A stretch of 64,000 bases of DNA from Candidatus Bipolaricaulota bacterium. Its GTDB lineage: Bacteria > Bipolaricaulota > Bipolaricaulia > UBA7950 > UBA9294. The notes beneath the pieces were generated by a model. That model worked only from the letters and a program-made list of their open reading frames with translations, did no database searches and had not been told where the DNA came from. The position numbers were made by a program, and so were the translations under genes. Where the stretch lies: assembly GCA_018817505.1 (NCBI GenBank), contig JAHITR010000021.1, positions 1,077 through 65,076 on the forward strand, in the 5' to 3' direction. Below are positions 10,101-15,967 of the stretch, piece after piece; position 1 is the first letter of the stretch, and the number at the start of each line of letters is the position of its first letter.

Positions 10101-10381
10101 GCATATCGGCGGTAGCTGGCCAGTTGCACGTCCAGTTCGGCCAACTCATCTGGGGACGCGTTCATCATTGCTTTTCGCGGATAGCCTTCTGCATAGACAC
10201 TGGTGAATACTGAGCCTAGTGCTTCTCGAACAGGTTTGGGTGTCAAGCTCTCCGAGGGAATGAGAATGATTTTCTCACGTTGTCGGCGTTCCTCAGCTGC
10301 GATCAAGGCTGCCGTTTGTGAATCGATGTCAAGGATGCATTTGTCTGAATACGGGCTCATGTTGACTTCCATCTCCTTCAT
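7166..10381 (-). CDS. fusion protein: serine hydroxymethyltransferase (GlyA) domain + glycine-cleavage T-protein/aminomethyltransferase (GcvT) domain(s)
   Basis: The N-terminal half has SHMT hallmarks (...[32 protein letters not shown]..., PLP-fold region ...[13 protein letters not shown]...). The C-terminal ~450 aa has GcvT hallmarks (...[42 protein letters not shown]..., ...[15 protein letters not shown]...), with an extra GcvT-like segment between them. It is one uninterrupted ORF. Start chosen at ATG 10379-10381 (MKEMEV...); an alternative ATG 9 nt downstream has an AAGGAG RBS. Confidence 0.8.
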   Translation of the reverse strand: [1071 protein letters not shown]

Positions 10382-11492
10382 ACGGGTCGGGGTGAAGTCT
10401 ACGGGGTAGGTTTCTTCCTTTCCAGCAGAGTTCCGAGAGAAGGTACAGGCCGCCACTGACCAGTGAGTGCCCGCCCAAGAGAATGGGGATGGAGGAATCC
10501 CTAGCTCTCTGCGCGAAGTCAATCCATAGGGGATCGGCCATCTCTGAAATCCGAAACAGGTCGCAGGAAAACCGCTCGTGCGCTGCGGGCAGAACGCCCT
10601 TTCGAGCGAGCAACGGGCGAGAGTCGATAATGGCAGCATCGGCGGAGTTCTCAAGCGCGTGGAAGAAATCGGCGAACCTGCGCTTCTGGAAAAGAGTCGC
10701 CAGCACGGCGTGCTGTCTGTTTGCGTAGGCTTTCATCCCACGGCCTTCGATCATTCCCGCCGTCCGACATGCGACCTGCTGCTCGAACGTCTGCCATGTC
10801 GCCGGATTCACGCGCCCCACCAAATAGACGAGAGCTGTTCGTTCGATAAGCAAGGCAGTCGTCTCCCGGATATTCGGATGGTCGAGCGGCTGGGAAGCGA
10901 GAAAAGACTGCAGGCGCGAGCCGCCGCGATTGGCTTCCTTTAGAAGACATAAATCGATCGGCGTATCTAGGTCGAATTGAGACGCCAACGAGCGTGGGAG
11001 GCTGAAGCATTTCACTCCATGGTCTGAGAGAAGGAACCCGAGCCCGTTGTCTGTTCCCGGAAGCGGGAGTTGAAGCAGAAATGTCGTATCGGACATGACT
11101 GCGAAATCGCATGAGTAGTAGTTGTTGAAGAGGGCGTGGTTCTGATCGCGTTGAGCAAATCGTGCAATATCTGCCAATTGATCTTGGGAGAGAAGCGTGC
11201 CGCTACCGCTGCCGAAGTAGACTACAGCATCTAGTTCGTGGCTGCGGATGATATGCTGGAGTGTCTCGCCGAAATGGAATGGCTCGGTATCTGCAACTGG
11301 ATGGACTGAAGCGCCGAGCGACTCGAAAACTGCAGTGGAATCTTTGGAGCATGCGACAATGGTCGTAGGGACGAGCGTCTTGAGAGACTCCACAAGATCG
11401 CAGGCTGAAGCCTCTCGCGCAGAAGCAACCATACGTTCTATGTCTGACGGCCCCGCGGGCGGGTGGAAGATGACGGCGCCAGTTCGCTTCAT
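10329..11492 (-). CDS. hypothetical protein (~388 aa)
   Basis: Long ORF; start chosen at MKRTGAVIF (ATG at 11490-11492). It overlaps the downstream SHMT-GcvT start by ~50 nt. No confidently nameable motif. Confidence 0.5.
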   Translation of the reverse strand: MKRTGAVIFHPPAGPSDIERMVASAREASACDLVESLKTLVPTTIVACSKDSTAVFESLGASVHPVADTEPFHFGETLQHIIRSHELDAVVYFGSGSGTLLSQDQLADIARFAQRDQNHALFNNYYSCDFAVMSDTTFLLQLPLPGTDNGLGFLLSDHGVKCFSLPRSLASQFDLDTPIDLCLLKEANRGGSRLQSFLASQPLDHPNIRETTALLIERTALVYLVGRVNPATWQTFEQQVACRTAGMIEGRGMKAYANRQHAVLATLFQKRRFADFFHALENSADAAIIDSRPLLARKGVLPAAHERFSCDLFRISEMADPLWIDFAQRARDSSIPILLGGHSLVSGGLYLLSELCWKGRNLPRRLHPDPYEGDGSQHEPVFRQMHP

Positions 11493-11542
11493 GATGTTTG
11501 CATTATCAGTAGACCTCGTCGCGCATGGTCCTCGCACGTCAA

Positions 11543-11582
11543 CAGAAAAAGAAAGCGCCCCAACAGGATTTCTCGTTGGGGC
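11543..11582 (-). terminator. intrinsic terminator downstream of rpsR (stem gccccaac/gttggggc, then U-run on minus strand)
   Basis: 8-bp inverted repeat with 10-nt loop. The plus-strand A-tract aacagaaaaagaaa becomes a U-tract on the minus strand. Confidence 0.55.
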
Positions 11583-11610
11583 ATTACTTCAATCATCAAT
11601 GAATGCCTAG

Positions 11611-11847
11611 TTACCGGCGCAATTTCATGGGCTCGCGTTCTCCTACGTAGGGGAGAAGAGCAATCTTGCGAGCGCGGTTGATCTGCAAGGCAAGGGCGCG
11701 CTGGTGTTTTGCGCACAATCGGGTGGCTCGCTTCGGCAGTATCTTCCCTAGGCGATTCATGAACTGCTTCAGTTCTGCGGGCCGCTTATAGTCGAGCGTG
11801 AGCTTCTGCTCACAGACTCTGCATTTTCTCTTTCTACGATGAAACAT
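11611..11847 (-). CDS. rpsR: 30S ribosomal protein S18
   Basis: ...KLTLDYKRPAELKQFMNRLGKILPKRATRLCAKHQRALALQINRARKIALLPY matches the S18 core. Confidence 0.9.
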   Translation of the reverse strand: MFHRRKRKCRVCEQKLTLDYKRPAELKQFMNRLGKILPKRATRLCAKHQRALALQINRARKIALLPYVGEREPMKLRR

Positions 11848-11849
11848 AC

Positions 11850-12272
11850 TTAGAACGGAACCTCCTCCGTTGTGCTGGCCTCCGGTTGCGAACTTGAAGG
11901 TGGCACCGCAGTCTGGGCTGACGCTTCACCTGATCGAGGAGCACCACCAAGAAACTGGACGGTTGATGCCACGACCTCGACGACTTTCTTGCGCTCGCCT
12001 TCTGCATTTTCAAATGAATCGATGCGTAGGCGTCCTTCAATAGCGACGGAGCGCCCTTTGCTCAAATAGTTCGCACAATTCTCGGCCTGGGATCCCCAGG
12101 TGACAATGGGAACGAACGTTGTTTCTTCTTGCAGTTGCCCGGTTGCGTTCTTGTACTGGCGGTTCACGGCGATGTTGAATTTTGTTCGTGCTGTGCCGCT
12201 TGGCGTGTAACGAAGTTCGGGATCTGCTGTCAAGTTGCCGATCAAAATTACACAATTCAAGCTGGCTGCCAT
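11850..12272 (-). CDS. ssb: single-stranded DNA-binding protein
   Basis: The OB-fold N-terminus (NCVILIGNLTADPELRYTPSGTARTKFNIAVNR...) and acidic C-terminal tail ending ...EEVPF are SSB hallmarks. It lies between rpsF and rpsR, the classic arrangement. Confidence 0.9.
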   Translation of the reverse strand: MAASLNCVILIGNLTADPELRYTPSGTARTKFNIAVNRQYKNATGQLQEETTFVPIVTWGSQAENCANYLSKGRSVAIEGRLRIDSFENAEGERKKVVEVVASTVQFLGGAPRSGEASAQTAVPPSSSQPEASTTEEVPF

Positions 12273-12283
12273 GGCCTCTCCAG

Positions 12284-12568
12284 TTACGCTCGGGAAATGG
12301 TCTGATATCGAAGAATCTCTTCGTCGATATTCAAGCGTTCCTCAATCGTTTTCACATTCTCTGGCGCTAGTTGGAATTCCGCAAGACCGTAGTATGCGTC
12401 CGTGCAATGCCTGATCGGGTAAGCCAGCACGCGCTTTCCCCAATCTTCCACTTTGCCCAACTGACCACCATTGTCTGTGATCAGTGAGTGAATGCGCTCG
12501 ATTTTGGCCGCTCGATCATCATCCGATAGATCCGCGCGGATTACGTATACGATTTCGTACTCTCTCAC
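12284..12568 (-). CDS. rpsF: 30S ribosomal protein S6
   Basis: MREYEIVYVIRADLSDDD...GKVEDWGKRVLAYPI... is the S6 signature. First gene of the rpsF-ssb-rpsR operon. Confidence 0.9.
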   Translation of the reverse strand: MREYEIVYVIRADLSDDDRAAKIERIHSLITDNGGQLGKVEDWGKRVLAYPIRHCTDAYYGLAEFQLAPENVKTIEERLNIDEEILRYQTISRA

Positions 12569-12849
12569 TCTAACACCTCGTCCTTAATCTGCCGGTAACT
12601 TTATCTGGGCGCAGAAGCTAAGTCAAATCGGGGGAATAGCGTCTCAGTCGGCGTTACCCTGTCTCACGTGCAGATAGGATCCGAATGAGCCGTCGACTTC
12701 ATCCCATGATAGAGAAAGTGTACCCAAAGCGCCTTCGGATGTCATCCTTGGGCCCCTTTTGCATCTTTGGCGAAGCCTCTGAGCATGTATGTAATAGTAT
12801 CCGTTTGTAATGCAACCTTCAAGAAAACTGCAAGTAACCTGCAAAAAAC

Positions 12850-12878
12850 TTGACCATCTTTCTATTTTGCCTTATTAG
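12850..12878 (+). promoter_or_regulatory. candidate sigma70-like promoter (TTGACC-N16/17-TTATTAG) upstream of the small-peptide array
   Basis: Sequence pattern only, in the divergent intergenic region between rpsF and the peptide array. Confidence 0.3.
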
Positions 12879-13022
12879 TAGCGAAGTTAGACATAGGCGT
12901 TGGGCGCGGAGAAATTCGGCGATTCCATCGAATTCAAGAGCGGTAGGGGACGTCATTGAGTGCGGAATCAGCCTTGCGCATCGAGAGGTCAAGAAGCGGA
13001 AGGACAAATGGGAGGAAGAAAC

Positions 13023-13175
13023 ATGAAATGGGGCGGATACAACAGAAAAGGAGAAGAGAAAATGAAGAAGCTGTTTGGCGGGAAGGCGATGTACTACTTG
13101 CTGACGATCGCGACATTGATCCTTGTGTTGGCCGAGAACATCAAATGGCGACCGGATCCGCCGACCGGTGGATAG
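13023..13175 (+). CDS. small single-TM peptide, paralog 1 (MKWGGYNRKGEEKMKKLFGGKAMYYLLTIATLILVLAENIKWRPDPPTGG)
   Basis: GGAGGA RBS 6 nt before ATG. It is one of four tandem paralogs, and differences among copies in the hydrophobic core are almost all synonymous. Confidence 0.6.
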   Translation: MKWGGYNRKGEEKMKKLFGGKAMYYLLTIATLILVLAENIKWRPDPPTGG

Positions 13176-13210
13176 ACAGACCAACAAGAATTTGAAAAGG
13201 AGGAAGCGAT

Positions 13211-13363
13211 ATGAAATGGGGCGGATATAACCGAAATGGTGAGAAGAAGATCCGAAAGCTGTTCAGCGGAAGGGCGATGTACTACTTGCTGACGATCGCG
13301 ACATTGATCCTTGTACTGGCTGAGAACATCAAGTGGAGTCCGGATCCGCCGACTGGTGGATAG
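13211..13363 (+). CDS. small single-TM peptide, paralog 2 (MKWGGYNRNGEKKIRKLFSGRAMYYLLTIATLILVLAENIKWSPDPPTGG)
   Basis: AAAGGAGGAAG RBS. The N-terminal charged region diverges, while the TM core and C-terminal PDPPTGG are identical to the other copies. Confidence 0.6.
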   Translation: MKWGGYNRNGEKKIRKLFSGRAMYYLLTIATLILVLAENIKWSPDPPTGG

Positions 13364-13394
13364 AGAAGTCGTAGGCATAGAAGGAGCAACGGCC

Positions 13395-13547
13395 ATGAAA
13401 TGGGGCGGATACAACAAGAAGGGAGAAGAGAAAATGAAGAAGCTGTTTGGCGGGAAGGCGATGTACTACTTGCTGACGATCGCGACATTGATCCTTGTAC
13501 TGGCTGAGAACATCAAATGGCGACCAGATCCACCGACCGGTGGATAG
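13395..13547 (+). CDS. small single-TM peptide, paralog 3
   Basis: AAGGAG RBS; the protein matches copy 1 except for one R-to-K change. Confidence 0.6.
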   Translation: MKWGGYNKKGEEKMKKLFGGKAMYYLLTIATLILVLAENIKWRPDPPTGG

Positions 13548-13578
13548 AGAAGTCGTAGGCATAGAAGGAGTAACGGCC

Positions 13579-13731
13579 ATGAAATGGGGCGGATACAACA
13601 AGAAGGGAGAAGAGAGAATGAAAAAGCTGTTTAGTGGGAAGGCGATGTACTACTTGCTGACGATCGCGACATTGATCCTTGTACTGGCTGAGAACATCAA
13701 ATGGAGTCCGGATCCGCCGACCGGTGGATAG
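13579..13731 (+). CDS. small single-TM peptide, paralog 4
   Basis: AAGGAG RBS; three conservative substitutions relative to copy 3. Confidence 0.6.
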   Translation: MKWGGYNKKGEERMKKLFSGKAMYYLLTIATLILVLAENIKWSPDPPTGG

Positions 13732-14072
13732 TAGGATCGCAGAATTGCTGACGGGAAGCTTCTGGACCAGCGATCTGCTCAATTGAGAATGTGGAGCAGG
13801 GCAAGGTTGTTGTGCTGCCTGCGGAAGCTCGAAGAGTGAAACTGATCCCGCTTTCGGTCACTGCAATACTCATACAGCTGTAACCAGTCGTCATAACAAT
13901 GGGTGATGTCCGCAACAACGATAGATTGTGCTTGATGTATAAGCTGCCCCGAATGAGAAGAAGCACGCTCTTGCAGATGGAATAGGGTTTGGGTATCGAT
14001 CGGATATTGGCGAAGTGCTAGTCGAGGACCAAACTTCACAGTAAGATTGTGCTCTCTGACCTAAGGGGACTG

Positions 14073-15386
14073 ATGAGACGAATGAGTGTTGCTTACGTAT
14101 ATGTTGCGGCTCTGGCGGTGTCAGCCCTGCTATCCCTAGCACACTCAGTTACGCACTGCGCTTTCGCGGGGGGGGGAACAGTCTCCCTTTTTGTAGCGTT
14201 TGTGATATTGGCAGTCCTTGCCGAAGTCTATGCGACACGGGTCCCAGCCTACAAATGGGAAATCTCAAGCTCCATCGCCATCTGCCTTGCATCTGTCTTT
14301 ATCCTTGGCCCGTATCTTGCAGTTATCTCAGTATTCCTTTCTTCTCTCATTTCAGAACTGCTTTTGCGATTGAATTCAGAAAAGCGAGGATCATCCGGGG
14401 TTATTCAAATAGTGTTCAATGTCAGTCAACTTGTGATTACCGTAACATTGGCTGGCCTGTTTCTCAAAGCGTTCAATCGCGAAACGTTGCAGTTGATTCA
14501 TCCCGCAGACATAGGACTTGCTGTCGCAGTCTTCGCCATTTACTTGGTTTCCAATTTGTCCTTCGTAACGGGTGTCATTGCGATAACAGAGAACAAATCA
14601 TTCCTCCAGTCTCTCGGCCGGAGCATCCGGCAGTTTTTCATGCAATACCTGGCTTTGTGCGTATCCGCTCTTCTGTTGACCTCTCTATATACGATCTCAG
14701 TTTGGCACGTCTTCCTGGCCCTGTTCCCGCTTACGTTGGTGCATATCTCCTTTAGGGGATATGTGAAATTGCAGACCGAGGCACGAAACACCTTCGAACG
14801 AATTTCACAATTGCTCGATGCCCGCGATCACTACACGGCCGTTCATTCCGTAGAGGTAGCTGAATTGGCGGTCAGGATTGGACAGGAGATGGGACTCAGT
14901 CAGCGTGAGATTGAGCAGATTGACGTGGGCGCTCGAGTCCACGATATTGGGAAGGTTGCGATTCCGGATTCCATCCTCCTCAAGCCGGGGAAATTGACTG
15001 AAGAAGAGTGGGTCACGATGCGTGAACACCCGGTGACGAGTGCAGAGCTGATTGCCGGAATCGAAATTTATGCGTCCGTCTCCGAGGCCGTTCGGCACGA
15101 GCATGAGCGATGGAACGGAACGGGATATCCTGATGGCTTGAAGGGCGAGCAAATACCTCTGATATCCCGGATTATTGCTGCAGCCGACATCTATAACGCA
15201 CTAACGACGGATCGCCCCTACCGAAAGGCGTTCAGTTTGGAAAAGACGAGACAGATGATTGAGGACATGACTGAGATCGACTTGGATCCGGATGTTGCCT
15301 CGGCACTGATTCGCGTCATTGACGCGATGCCTGCAGAGCCAGCGGTGCCTAGGATAATCCCGACACCCGAGAGCGTGGAGGCGTAG
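14073..15386 (+). CDS. membrane-integral HD-GYP domain c-di-GMP phosphodiesterase (N-terminal polytopic 5-7 TM domain)
   Basis: The C-terminal half carries ...HDIGKVAIPDSIL... and ...HEHERWNGTGYPDGL... (HD and GYP motifs). The N-terminal ~230 aa is strongly hydrophobic. The ATG at 14073 has an AAGGGGA RBS; a GTG at 14049 and an ATG at 14082 are alternatives. A G9 homopolymer lies at 14168-14176. Confidence 0.8.
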   Translation: MRRMSVAYVYVAALAVSALLSLAHSVTHCAFAGGGTVSLFVAFVILAVLAEVYATRVPAYKWEISSSIAICLASVFILGPYLAVISVFLSSLISELLLRLNSEKRGSSGVIQIVFNVSQLVITVTLAGLFLKAFNRETLQLIHPADIGLAVAVFAIYLVSNLSFVTGVIAITENKSFLQSLGRSIRQFFMQYLALCVSALLLTSLYTISVWHVFLALFPLTLVHISFRGYVKLQTEARNTFERISQLLDARDHYTAVHSVEVAELAVRIGQEMGLSQREIEQIDVGARVHDIGKVAIPDSILLKPGKLTEEEWVTMREHPVTSAELIAGIEIYASVSEAVRHEHERWNGTGYPDGLKGEQIPLISRIIAAADIYNALTTDRPYRKAFSLEKTRQMIEDMTEIDLDPDVASALIRVIDAMPAEPAVPRIIPTPESVEA

Positions 15387-15394
15387 CGGTATCT

Positions 15395-15967
15395 ATGTTC
15401 TTCTTGTATGTCATCCCCGTTGGGCTCCTAATCGGTCTTCTTGCCAGAGGAAAGATCGCCAATCTTGGAAAGCTCCCACTGAGGTGGGTGGGCCTGCTGT
15501 TTCCTGCCTTATTGATCCAACTCCTGATCTTCCCTGTGTTTACGTCTGACGCGCTCATCCCGTTTGCGACTGCGCCACTTCATATCCTTTCGTATGCGTT
15601 GCTCGCGGTATGGATCCTCGCCAACTGCCGACTTCTGCCAATCGTTACTCTGGGCTTGGGAGCGGTGTGTAATTTCGCCGTCCTTGCTGCAAATGGCGGA
15701 TTCATGCCCGCATCGGCCAATGCATTGCAACAGGCAGGTCTATCGAATCTTGCCGGGACGCTAACCCGCGAGGGGGCCTACTCCAACCTGGCTCTGATGT
15801 CCGCAGACACGCGATTGAACCTCCTTGGCGACCTCCTCTATGTTCCGAAATGGATTCCTCTCTCTGCAGCCTTTAGTATCGGAGATCTCTTGATCGCCCT
15901 GGCACTTGTCTGGTTGATCGTGAAAGGCATGAGAATCAATGAAAAACGACCTATCGAAGCTGCTTAA
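15395..15967 (+). CDS. polytopic membrane protein of unknown function (DUF5317-like)
   Basis: Six or more hydrophobic segments and no catalytic motifs. It starts 8 nt after the HD-GYP gene and overlaps the next gene by 29 nt. Confidence 0.55.
   Translation: MFFLYVIPVGLLIGLLARGKIANLGKLPLRWVGLLFPALLIQLLIFPVFTSDALIPFATAPLHILSYALLAVWILANCRLLPIVTLGLGAVCNFAVLAANGGFMPASANALQQAGLSNLAGTLTREGAYSNLALMSADTRLNLLGDLLYVPKWIPLSAAFSIGDLLIALALVWLIVKGMRINEKRPIEAA

Larger units (their letters stand above)
12990..13745. repeat. tandem array of four ~184-188-bp units, each carrying an RBS plus a ~50-codon ORF
   Basis: ATG-to-ATG spacings are 188, 184 and 184 bp. The spacers after copies 2 and 3 are identical except for one base (agaagtcgtaggcatagaaggag[c/t]aacggcc). 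Confidence 0.85.

Noticed and set aside
12990-13745. Possible CRISPR array (regularly spaced repeats)
   Set aside because: The unit is ~184 bp, protein-coding with its own RBS, and shows no short direct-repeat/spacer alternation. No cas genes are nearby.
12819-13782. Minus-strand ORFs of 68-122 aa overlapping the peptide array (12819..13187, 13094..13417, 13282..13488, 13329..13601, 13513..13782)
   Set aside because: They are antisense reading frames created by the tandem repeat. They have no SD, and their sequences vary non-synonymously between copies, while the plus-strand 50-aa frame is conserved with synonymous changes.
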